A stretch of DNA of 64,000 nucleotides, from the NCBI GenBank assembly GCA_964016885.1, contig OZ024740.1:280302001-280366000 (forward strand), given 5' to 3'. The position numbers were made by a program, and so were the translations under genes. The notes beneath the pieces were generated by a model. It was not told where the DNA came from and did no database searches. It saw only the letters and a list, made by a program, of their open reading frames with translations. Every line of letters starts with the position of its first letter. Within the stretch, counting starts at the first letter, position 1. Positions 52,231-64,000 of the stretch are shown here, in pieces. This DNA comes from Eledone cirrhosa. Lineage: Eukaryota.

Positions 52231-52349
52231 ATATATATATATATATATTCAATTAAAGAAAGCTAGTTGATTAAGAATCTGCCGACTTTTTCTTAACAGA
52301 TGTCAAGTACTCCACAGTTTTTGTTCATCCGGAGTTTTATTGTAATAAA

Positions 52350-52665
52350 AAAAACAAAGAAGACGGCTTCATTTGTCCATCCCTATTTATTTTGTTATAC
52401 ATATTTCTAAGACGTATGCCAGTTGTATAACATCTGCCCTACCTGTTCTCTTCAGACAAAAATCCACATGAAATGTAAATATCCATTGATATGTTGCCGG
52501 TCATACGAGTTGTTCACTTCGGCGACTAGCAAGCATATATGCTTGTGTGGATTTTTGTCTGAAGAGAACACGTAGGGTAGATGTTATACAATTGCCATAC
52601 GTCTTCGAAATACCGTATAACAAAATAAATAGGGTTGGACAAATGAAACCGTCTTTCTTGTTTAT
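52350..52665. repeat. Fold-back unit with HHR motifs on both arms, same family as 34946-35100
   Basis: 52350-52470 is the reverse complement of 52545-52665; palindrome caagcatatatgcttg at 52530-52545. Confidence 0.85.
52555..52623 (+). ncRNA. Hammerhead ribozyme motif
   Basis: TTGT CTGAAGA GAAcACGTA...TACGTcTTC GAAA TACCGTA TA ACAA. Confidence 0.7.
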
Positions 52666-52671
52666 TATCAT

Positions 52672-52694
<23 letters not shown>

Positions 52695-52702
<8 letters not shown>

Positions 52703-52928
52703 ATAAATGTAAGCTATCGCCGTATTTTGACTAAAGAAATTAAAGAAATTATTTAGCCTGATAGTGGGGTTAAGAACCCTCGGAGAAATGGAAAAAGATG
52801 AGTATTGACGTACATGTACGTCAATACTCATCTTTTTCCATTTCAGGCTAAATACCCCACTATCAGGCTAAATAATTTCTTTAATTTCTTTAGTCAAAAT
52901 ACGGCGATAGCTTACATTTATAATAATT
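52695..52928. repeat. Fold-back unit: ~75-bp identical inverted arms and 60-bp perfect central palindrome (52785-52844)
   Basis: gaaatggaaaaagatgagtattgacgtaca|tgtacgtcaatactcatctttttccatttc. Confidence 0.9.
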
Positions 52929-52959
52929 TCAAACCCGCTCGCTGTTTCGAAAATATTCT

Positions 52960-53023
<64 letters not shown>

Positions 53024-53452
53024 ATGAAATAACGGAGTCAGAAACTCGCGTTTGTCCCTGCAATTCATGAACTCAAAGGAAAAAGTATCTCGGGCTCTTC
53101 AAATATAATATAGAGAAGAAAACACACTAGAGAGAGTGTGTGTGTCTATCAAGTTACAGGGAATACCACTAGCGTATGGAACCTATAAACTAAGAAAGGT
53201 GAGGTAGATACATTATAATTAAAAATATAAATTAGAATGAAGGAACCCACCTTTATAACTATATGTCACACACGTACAAACTCAGAGAGATTGTTTCACC
53301 AGAAAATCAATGTTTGGATTGAACTCCCTCTGGTTCATCAGCGTGTGGTAAGTGAATACATTCCAAACAACTCTAAGAGAACTTGCAATATGTTGGAAGA
53401 AAGAAGGAAATGCGTGTATTAGATTGTAGACCAGTGGCGTGGGTGTGTGTTT

Positions 53453-53578
<126 letters not shown>

Positions 53579-53685
53579 CATATATATATATATGTATATA
53601 TATATATACACACATATATATATATATATACATATATATACATATATATATAAACATATATATACATATATATATATACATATAT

Positions 53686-53746
<61 letters not shown>

Positions 53747-53799
53747 CATATATATATATACATATATATATACATATATATACATATACATATATTTAC

Positions 53800-53924
<125 letters not shown>

Positions 53925-53941
53925 CACACACACATATATAT

Positions 53942-54554
53942 ACTAGACCTGAAAAATGCGCAAGCTCAAAAGAGCCACAGAATGTTATAATAAACCTTCA
54001 AAAGTGTGGGACTAGAGTTGTTGCTCAAAAATATTGTAATCATTATCTATCGTACACTCTCTGGCATCCGTTATAAAAAAGAGACTCATAACGAACTCAA
54101 GACGACACGATAATTATTTAAGCTCACGTTCAACATCCCATATTAGATGTTTAGTAATGATTAATACGAAATGTACTTAAACCGAAATCTATATTATAAA
54201 TTTACTTAAATAATTATCGTGTCGTCTTGAGTTCGTTATGAGTCTCTTTTTTATAAAAGGATGCCACAGAGTGTACGATAGATAATGATTACAATATTTT
54301 TGAGCAACAACTCTACTCCCACACTTTTGAAGGTTTATTATAACAGGGTCGGACGCCATGCTTTGACGCATAGAGTTACGGCCCTTGCCATTCTGAGGTC
54401 AAATCCCGCCGAGGTTAACTTTGCCTTTCATCCTTACGGAGTCGATAAAATAAAGTACCAGTAATGTACTGGATAATTGCTGGCCTTGTGCCAAAAGTAG
54501 AAACAATTATAACATTCTGTGGCTCTTTTGAGCATGCGCATTTTCAGGTCTAGT
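53942..54554. repeat. Fold-back element with CTAG termini; SINE inserted in the right arm (~54346-54506)
   Basis: actagacctgaaaaatgcgca... / ...tgcgcatttttcaggtctagt; ~180-bp arms. Confidence 0.85.
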
Positions 54555-55629
54555 TTAATATTTTTTAAGGCAACGCTTGTAATAACTCTAGTTAAACATG
54601 ATATATATTAATAATAAATTATCGTTGTAATGTAATTAGATTATATAATTGTTATTTTATAAATGATCTTATAAATATAATTGTAAGATGTATAAAAATA
54701 TTTTCAGACTTTTAATATAAACAACTACAAAAAACAATCAATATTAAATAAATATATTTTACATAATAATTGTTATAGTTGAATTAATAAAAATTAAATA
54801 TTACATACAAATAGTTCAACATAATAATAAAAAAATAATCTAACATAAAACGAACAATAATATGGACAAATATACAAGTAAATATGATACAACCAATATT
54901 ATAAGCATGTTATAACGAACTGAAAAAAAAAAAATAGTTAATATAAATTTAAAAAATCATATATAAATTAACAAAACGAGAAAAATATTTTGATGATAAA
55001 AACGACGAAATACAAGATGAAGATTCGAAAGCGAAACGATAAATAAACGTGCAAACAAAGTGGCGGATGCTTTTGAGCAACAATTACTCTCATTGGTTGA
55101 TTAGCCAATAAGACGATACATTACAAAACATGTTTGGGAGGGATCACCACGGTCAGCGAAACCCCTTGAATATTTTATTCACAAGCTACGCATATATGTC
55201 AGATCAGAACACGCAGATTTAAAACATTCTGTTGTTAGTCACTGCGTGTCTAACATATTTATTTTTTTAAATTTTAGATCTTGTATCAATAAAATATACT
55301 CTTTAGTAAGACCACCTGTTATCTGGATATGGTTATCGAATATTTTGTTTTCTTTTATGAGTTCATTGTTTTTGAGACGAAAAATAATTCTGTGTCATTT
55401 ACGACATTTATCAATCTAGATTAAGTTTTGTTTATTTATATTGTTTAATCATTCATAAAAACAAAATACGAAACATAGACTGAATGTAATAAAGGACGTT
55501 GACAGCAGCTACTAACTGGGGCATATATGATTGATATAATGTATGATGATGATGATGACGGTGATGATGATGATATGGAGGAGTAAGGGGTAGGGAAGAT
55601 TACGATGGCGATGATAACGAAGATGACGA

Positions 55630-55652
55630 AGCTGCTGCTGCTGTTGCTGCTG

Positions 55653-55702
<50 letters not shown>

Positions 55703-55703
55703 G

Positions 55704-55744
<41 letters not shown>

Positions 55745-55787
55745 GCTGCTGCTGCTACTCCTACTACTACTACTACTACTACTACTA
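55630..55787. repeat. (CTA/CTG)n microsatellite; similar tracts at 57775-57862 and 62963-63039
   Basis: Direct inspection. Confidence 0.95.
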
Positions 55788-55882
55788 ATGGTTCGAAGTA
55801 TATCTACCTGTGTTGGTGTATATCAAACCATTGTCAAGTTTCTCTAGACTTCCTCCAACGTGTTCAATACCAGGCTAATAAT

Positions 55883-56060
55883 TGTTTCTACTTTTGGCAC
55901 AGGGGCCAACAATTACCGCAGTGCATTACTGGTACTTTATTTTATCGACCCCGTAAGGATGAAAGGCAAAGTTAACCTCAGCGGGATTTGAACTCAGAAT
56001 GTAAAGGGCCGTAACTCTATGCCGCTAAGCATGTTGTTCGACGCTCTACCGATTCTGCCA
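55883..56060 (-). mobile_element. SINE with taataat TSD
   Basis: Family consensus; taataat at 55876-55882 and 56061-56067. Confidence 0.9.
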
Positions 56061-56779
56061 TAATAATGCCCAAATCTTGTTGCCGACTGATAGACCTTCT
56101 GCAGCACATCGTGCAGGAAATTTTCGTGTATAAGCACTGGCTGTTTGTTTTTTTTCAAGAAAAAGCAGCAGAAGTACACAATTCTCGTCTTTTGTTCTTA
56201 ATCTCGATAAAACCTTCGGACAAAGAAGCATGGTCTTTTGTGATGTACATCACCGATTGGTCTTCTTTTTCCTCGGTCCGAGTCCAATGCAGTTTCTCAT
56301 AGATCTCTGTGATTATTTTGCATATGTTTGAGTCGCTGCTGCTGTTGTATTTGTTATTGCTTCCAACGTCGGCCAAAATACTGACGTTGATGTTTATTAT
56401 TCATATTTAGGGTGTTGTCATTCTCGACATTTCTCGGTCTCTTTTTTCAAATTATAAAATCATTTTCTTTTGTTTACATTCCTTTATATATAAGCAAGCC
56501 TATTATCATCATCGCGGAAGCCTACTCCAATTACCATCTCCGAAGATGTCATGTTTAAAAATTAAAAACAGAAATATATTTTTTATCAGATTGAACGACA
56601 AGAGCGCGCGCAAACGCGAATGGTTGCGAAACGTGTCCGTTTACTTGTACTTCAAAACAGATGTTGTTATAAAAAAGTGGTTATCCATTGCTTGAAAACA
56701 AACCTGAAATTAACTGATTGCAGAATAGCTACCACACAACGAAGCTAAATTTGCTTCCTAGACGTGACTCTGTTTCTAA

Positions 56780-57200
56780 TAATTGTTTCTACAAAGCATG
56801 GCGTCCGACCCTCTACCGATACTGCCAATCCACCGACTCTATTTCTAATAATAATTGTTTGTTTCTACTTTTGGCACAAGGCCAGCAATTACTCAGTGCA
56901 TTACTGGTACTTTATTTTATCGACCCCGTAAGGATGAAAGGCAAAGTTAACCTCAGCGAGATTTGAACTCAGAATGGTAAGGGCCGTAACTCTATGCATC
57001 AAAGCATGGCGTCCGACCCTCTACCGATACTGCCAATCCATTTCTAATAATAATGATTTCAAATATTTAGACAAGGTCATAAATCTTGGTTGATAGGAAC
57101 AGTCGATTAAATTAAATCCAGTAGCTGACTGGTACTTGTTTTATCGATTTTGAAGAAAGAAGGAAGGACAAAGTACACTCTGGTAGCAATTGAACTCAAA
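56780..57200 (-). mobile_element. Stack of SINEs: internally deleted copy, young copy, old copy
   Basis: Family consensus; tttctaataat repeated between copies. Confidence 0.85.
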
Positions 57201-60134
57201 AGTTAAATGGACAATTTAGTCATTTATATAAGATAAGATAAAGTACTAATAAAAACACGAAGTAAATGTTAAAAAAAAAAAAATCTCTTTCTTCTCAGTC
57301 GCATAACACAACAAAATGATGTATATTTCTATCTGACCCATATTTCTGAAAAGTTGCAACTAAGCAAGAAAAATGGGAAGGAGGGAATTAGTTGTGATAT
57401 TTCGTGTGCTTCTGTGAGCAAATTCCAAAAATGCCTGAAACTTCATTCTTCAATTTACATAAATCTAAATTATCCACTTATAAGAATAAAAATAAAGAAC
57501 GGAATATATTTTCAATAAAGTTGATGGAATCTACTATTTCTCTGTTTGTATATTTTTTTTTATCCGGTTGGTTGACGGTAAATACAGTGACCTTCAAAGG
57601 TTATACAATAAAACTGAAATACTATATTACATTCATTGGATTATGTTTTACTGTCTCATTTAATGAATTGATTATATTCGAAAATATTTACAAAGTAATA
57701 TTTCTACATAATATCTCATAAACAATGGAAGAAAAATAAGAAAAAATTGGGACACTTTTCGCAGAAGTTCAAGAGCAACAACAACAGCAGCAGCAGCAGC
57801 AGCAGTAGCAGCAGCAGCAGCAGTAGCAGCAGCAGCAGCATCAGTAGTAGAAGCAGCAGTAGCAATTGTAGGTCATGACTACATAGTTGAAGGTTACTAG
57901 TATTCATTTCAACAAGAATGACGTTTTTTCGGGATAGTGGAACGGTGGATTAAATTTGCTCTGAGGACGACCAAAAAAGAAATTACGCAGAGTGCATTCT
58001 GAATGAAAAAGAAAATCAATTAATTTAATGTCCAATATAGTTTAATTAATTAAAATCACACGATAGTGAAGAGACAAATCTAGTAGCGAAATGATAAATT
58101 TTGTTGAAGTAAAGTAAAAGAGATAATACCGAAATTGAACTTAATTAAAATTAACACTTCATGTACACATTAAATTTTAATTAATTTTAATTATTAGGAA
58201 ATTTCGAAAATGTCACTTGTTTTAACGAATAATATAATAGTTTTCCCCCTCTCCTCACTAGAGACTCATTTAAAATCATTAATACTTTAAGTATGTTAAC
58301 ACTAACTATTGGAAGCAGCATCTGCTACAGTAGCAACATTTACAAAACAACAACAAACTGAAATGTAAAAGAATATTTTATATGGCTTGGGATATTATGG
58401 CAAAAAGCTTGAGCAAAACAAAGGATGATTTTAAAGCCATAATAATGAAATTTATAGAAACAGTGATCAATTAATATCATTCATAGGCGGCGAATTACCA
58501 GAAGCGTTAAAACGTTGGATGAAATGCCTTGCAGTATTTATTCCGCCCCCTTGCGTCCAAAGTTCCAATCCCACTGATGTAGGACTTGGTGAATTACGTA
58601 GAGCATCGGATGGAATCCCTTGCAGTACTTGTTCCATATCATTATGTTCTGGCTTCTTGTGTAGTAGATATAATCCATCGCCCGGTTCAACACCATGATC
58701 TGGCTCTTGTATGCCTTTAGTGGGGTCTACTTTATTGTAAAATTCAGGCCAGGTTTTCGGTTTTAGGGTATTTGCTTCTCACCCTCCAACCAGTCTTGGA
58801 AGCTCTGAAAAGGGCCAGAGGATAGGAGTGCCATTCTTTTTGACATAGCACAAATATTAATACACATCGTTGGCTATTGGATGTGATAGAAGAGTAATGA
58901 CTGACCATAATTAAGTATATATTTAACAGTAACATTATGTAATGTTTTCTAAAATTATTTCTTTATGGAATATGTTGCCATTATTAGATCTTGAAATAAT
59001 ACATGAGTAACATACCATGTTGGACATTATAATATGACGCTCTATAAGATCATTTATTAATTGTAATTTTATATTAATTTCATATGTTTAAATGACAGAA
59101 TACCGTGGTCATAAATCGTGTACAATGTGAAATAAATTAAGAACAGACTAATAAAGTTTGAAAATGTAATAGTATTACTAAAATAACAACCAAGCTAGAC
59201 GATCCTGACTGAACAGGTTCCGCTATAACAACATGATGTGCTTAGCAGCCGTTCCCAAACCAAGCGGGATAGAGACAGAGATGACTAGGGAGTCGGGGCA
59301 TAAAAATTGAGTATTTTATATGGAGAATTAGGAGAAGGTAGGAAAGAAAGAGGCTGGAATGGTAATATAACTATAGTGATATTTTTGTTTTAATGTAGAA
59401 AATTAATAAATGCTAGGCGTTAATAAAATTTTGATGTGAGAAATTGTCAAGAATTTAACCAAACTAAACATTTGGGTGTAAAAATTAGAATGTTGTTAAC
59501 TAACTCTTTATATCCCTTCTTGTAGTCGAAAAAAGAAAAAGCAAAACAAATGAAAATGTGCAATCATACTAATCTTTATAGGGAACACTGAAGAGGCGTT
59601 TCTTAGTTTCTGCGATAAAATTGGTATGTGATTTAAAAATTATTTTGTTTTCAACTATAAAAAAAAAACTTAATGACAATCTAGGTCCTTTTTTTGGCAA
59701 AAGAAATAGGAAAATATGTTTTATCATTTACTAGAAGAAAAATGATAAATTATTTCACATTTCCTGTGACTAGTAAATTGCTTTTAGAGTAATTAGGAGC
59801 ATATTTGAAGCTCTCCTTAAACTGTGGCAATCATATAGATGCTACTTAGGAATCCCAATCATAGAAGGACTAAGAAAACTGAATATAGTAAAGGAACGCG
59901 TTAATAAAACATTCTAAAAACAAAAATCAAAAGTGATTTTTTTTGTTATTGTTGTTTGGTCCCAGGTCGACCATAATCACACAGATCTATTATCACATAT
60001 TTCCCAACCACGATTATTTGCAGTAATCTTTCTTTTTATTTTTAACACTTCTGGTTGATAGTCCCTTATCATACACATGAATTTTAAATACTAGTGATGC
60101 TTTTACATTTCAAGAAATATAACTTATTCTACTT

Positions 60135-62630
60135 AGAAAAGAGCCGTGGAAACAAATACAGATTGAACATTGCAGCCTTTGACATCTGCAGCCCTTGCAG
60201 AACTACGAACAGGGGGAAGAGGGGCCGGAACTGTTCGGGGTACGGCTATTTCCACCACCTTACTTGTGTTTGATGGATACGTCGAGCCTCCAGTTCCCTC
60301 GCAGCATGGCGATACAGCAACTGTCTCTTCCGCTCGTCTGCTCAGCCACGGCCGTCTACTACACCACCAGATGAGATAACGAGCTTGTTTGCTGCTCAAG
60401 CCTCGCCGGTCAACATCGCTCGGCTCAAACGGCTCCGGAAGATCCCGCTCAAAATCCCGGAGCAGCCTGGGTGCCGGTAGCCGATGTCCTCGCTTCCTCA
60501 ATTGAGAGGGTCTTGGACTTTAATCGAGCCAGCGACTGGGAGCGCCTTTTTTTATTTCGTTCCACTCGCACTCGGCCTCCCCAACTCTGGTGCTGATCGA
60601 TGCGGCCTGTCGACAGCAATATTTATCAAAGCCAATGTTTCGTCATATGGGCAAGCGCCCATCCCAAGTGTGCCCAAGGACACCACACCCTCTGCTCTCG
60701 GGTGTCTTCAATCCTCCACCCCCGAGGCCAGCGCAAAGCATTTACACGACCTCGAAATGCTAAACTAATCGAGAGTGATGTCTCGGCTGCAGTCAGAATG
60801 GTTGCCTCGGAGGACACTGTCCTCCAACCCACCGAGGAGGTCTTGGCTGCCGATCTCAGACCCATACACCCACCTGATCCTCACCTGCTCTTTATGGCTT
60901 CTGATACAGACATCATGTCTGCCATCAAGTACTTCCCAGCCAGCAGTAGCAGGGGTACTGATGGCCTCCGACCCGGCCACCTCAAGGAGTTGTTAAGGCC
61001 GGGCGACGCCTTATGAACGCAATTGTGGCATTCCCCAATAGGTTTATCCATGGTGCCCTGGACCCTCACGCCCGAGGCCTCTTATTTTCGGCCAGCCTGA
61101 CCGTTCTCAGGAAGAAAGACGGTGGCATACAACCCATCACTGTAGGTAATGTCTTCCGGAGGCTGGCTGCTATGTGGTCTACAGGTCCATCACTCCTGAA
61201 CTGGACGAGGAGCTTAGCCCGGTGCAACTGGGTGTCGGCGTGTCATGTGGCTGTGAGGGGGTCGCATATGGTACCAGGCAGTTCTTCAATAATTGCCCAC
61301 CGGAACTGGCATCCACGGACTCCAGGCACCTCATTGTCAAGCTTGATATGAGGAATGCCTTTAACTGCTTACGATGTAACCCTCTGCTTGGGGCTTGCCT
61401 CAGCCAAGCCCCCTCTGCCTACCCGCTGGCCTACTTGTCATATGGAGCCCCTTGCTGATGATACGGTCATACCTTCAGCCACTTGTATCCGAGCAGCAGC
61501 TGTGGAGATATGCAACGTCAGGTTTGACGACATTGGATGGCAACAGGCCACCTTACCTGTTAGATATGCTGGCCTTGGCCTCCGGTCCCCGATCTCGCTG
61601 GCTTTGCCGGCGTTTCTTTCGTCGGTAACGTCGTGCAGCGTCCTCATCAACAAGGTTCTCCTAAGCACAATAGGACCCACTGTGATCGAGGAACGGGCGG
61701 CCGCCTGCGAGACGTGGAACCGGCTTGGACTTAGCCCAGTAGACGTCTCTTCTTCTCCTCCTACTGATGTCAAGCCCCCCCCCCCCCCCCCCCAGAGTAT
61801 TTGGCATGGCATCCAGTGCAACCTGGTTTCAGACAGGCTAGCGCGCCAGCTCAGTCAGCACCGCCTTGCATGTTTTCGCGCGGCCTCGCAACCCCACAGC
61901 GGTGCCTGGTTCCATGCCTTACACCCGTTCTCTACTGGCACGAAGCTGGACAATGATACCCTGTGCATCGGGGCCTCTGAATCTGAGAGCCATACAAATG
62001 TCGCTGCGGATCTACCATGGACTCTTTCGGCCTCCACTCGCTTTCCTGTCGCTATAGTGCCGGCCGCTTTCCATGCCATGCTGCTCTCAACGATGTCATA
62101 AAGCATGGCTTGCGAGCCGGTGGGGATGGACCGAGGAGTCGGCAAAAGGCCAGATGGCATGACCATCTTCCCGTTCTGAGGTGGTAAACCCCTCGTCTGG
62201 GATGATACTTGAAGCGAGACATTCTCCAGCGGCAACCTGGTGCAGTTTGCGACTAACCCAGGTTCTGCTGCACTTCGGGCTGAGGAGGATAAACTCTCTA
62301 AGTATCGGTCGCTCTCCGACAGGTTTGCAGTCGAGCCCCTAGCAGTGGAGACTTCTGGTGTCCTTGGCCCTAGGGCTACCTTCGTACTTACCGCCATAGG
62401 CGTTGAGTTGGCTAGCTGCAGATGTGAGCCTCGGGAGATGGAATGGCTCTTCCAGCGCATCTCCATTACCATCCTCCGAGGAAACGCCTTCTCCATTCTG
62501 TCCACCGGGGCCGTGGGTGGCCAGCACGTGGAACCTCATTTTCTCATAATAGAGAGAGATGGGGAGGGCGAGAGAGATGGAGGCGATGACAGTGGGAGTT
62601 AGGCTCTTCTATGATCGGACATGGTGTGCA
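60135..62630 (+). mobile_element. CRE-like non-LTR retrotransposon (RT + RLE), pseudogenised, RT core deleted
   Basis: GTDGLRPGHLKELL, KKDGGIQPITVGNVFRRL, QLGVG, KLDMRNAFN, QATLPVRYAGLG, SGAW, KRPDGMT, KLSKY, PLAVETSG, QRISITILRGNA. Confidence 0.9.
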
Positions 62631-62782
62631 GCGTCAGTTGTCCGTAAAGAGGTAGTGATTCATCTACTATTACAGAGTAAATATCTGCCCTATAAAGAAT
62701 TACAGAAATAAATAGTTTTCTGAAAGGGAAATCAGAGAACTATACTTATATAAGGTACTCAATACATACATACATACATACA

Positions 62783-62814
<32 letters not shown>

Positions 62815-62962
62815 CATACACACACGTACGCACACACATATATACATATATACTGTATATATAGTTCTAGTAAGTTTATAAGTCCCGTATTAATTTGGTA
62901 GAATCTTAATGTGTGTATATCTGTGTGTGTGTGTGTGTGTACACACACACACACACCACACA

Positions 62963-63039
<77 letters not shown>

Positions 63040-63340
63040 TATATACACACACACCACAAAATAAGGGAAAAAATTGGTCATACACATATTTTCCAAAAAT
63101 TCCTGATTGAAAGCCCCAAAATAGAATTTCCTTTACAACCCTACTGTTGATACTTTATATACATTATAAAACTCTTTTAAAAAAGAATTTCCCCTCTCAC
63201 TTTTCAATAATGTCACTTTGACGAATCACAGAAAGGAGAAAAGAAAATAAGAAAAACAGACCCTTAAATACATTTTCCGTGCTATTTCCAACTTCACCTT
63301 TTCTCTATAACCACTGTTTTGTACAGAACATTACTTCCCT

Positions 63341-63426
<86 letters not shown>

Positions 63427-63444
63427 AAAAGGTAAACAGAAATA

Positions 63445-63606
63445 ACAACACAATCGGTACAGTATATGAAAGGAATATATTAGGTTAACGCTTGAAAGAG
63501 CAGGAAGAGGGTCTTGACGTTTCAGACGCTAGTCCTTCATCAGAAGAAAGAATGAGAAATAAGATAGATTGAAGGGACGGACGGGTTGGAATTGGAAAAA
63601 AAATAT

Positions 63607-63668
<62 letters not shown>

Positions 63669-64000
63669 GACAGTAGCACAGAAATAAGGGAAGGTAATAG
63701 GATTGAAAGGAGAAGGGAGACTATGGACAGAGAAAATAACCAAGACAAACACACAGACACACAAAATAGAGTAGATAATAACAATGAGCCAGAGGAAAGA
63801 GACAGGAGTAATAATGAGAGACATAGAAACAACCATGAGGCTGTTGGTGGAAATAGAAATAGAAACAACACAACTAACAATAACAATAGCACTAGTACAC
63901 ATAAAGCAGCGGCCTGGAACACTACTTTTTATAATCCCTCCGATAAATCGTTCGACCTGCGACGAGTCCACGCCACGACTTTAGCTTTTAACAAACGCAC
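63445..64000 (-). mobile_element. PLE pLTR/3' region, same family as 20218-20370, running off the window
   Basis: aacaacacaatcggtacagtata...gtccttcatcagaagaaagaatgagaaat shared. Confidence 0.75.
63512..63547 (-). ncRNA. Minimal type I hammerhead ribozyme
   Basis: Minus: TCTT CTGATGA A GGAC tagc GTCT GAAA CG TC AAGA; ACGT palindromic stem III, GUC triplet. Confidence 0.8.

Noticed and set aside
55605-55847. Poly-Leu/Ser/Thr ORFs, also at 57716 and 62700-63150
   Set aside because: Trinucleotide repeats without coding context.

Overview
AT-rich, microsatellite-dense eukaryotic DNA. The tRNA-derived SINE family resembles the octopod SINEs, so an Octopus-like cephalopod source is inferred. The window is mostly nested, decayed transposons: Penelope-like elements (PLEs, RT + GIY-YIG, one with an uninterrupted 551-aa ORF), a ~5.3-kb Helitron plus non-autonomous Helitrons, Tx1/L1, CR1/L2, RTE, CRE-like and R4-like LINE pieces, mariner and hAT remnants and many SINEs. 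Most tracked ORFs are microsatellite artefacts. Four features stand out. (1) At least five sequence families of minimal type-I hammerhead ribozyme (HHR) motifs, several on both arms of short ORF-less fold-back units in (TA)n tracts. (2) A Helitron inserted exactly into the stem III of one such motif, so the empty site can be rebuilt from the other arm. (3) A mariner-type MITE whose core has expanded into a 9 x 143-bp AAA(BC)3 array, with a single-unit relative in the same window. (4) A phase-compatible chain of small minus-strand exons (12, 39, 88 nt) that may be a host gene or pseudogene. Coordinates were counted by eye; ends of decayed elements are approximate.
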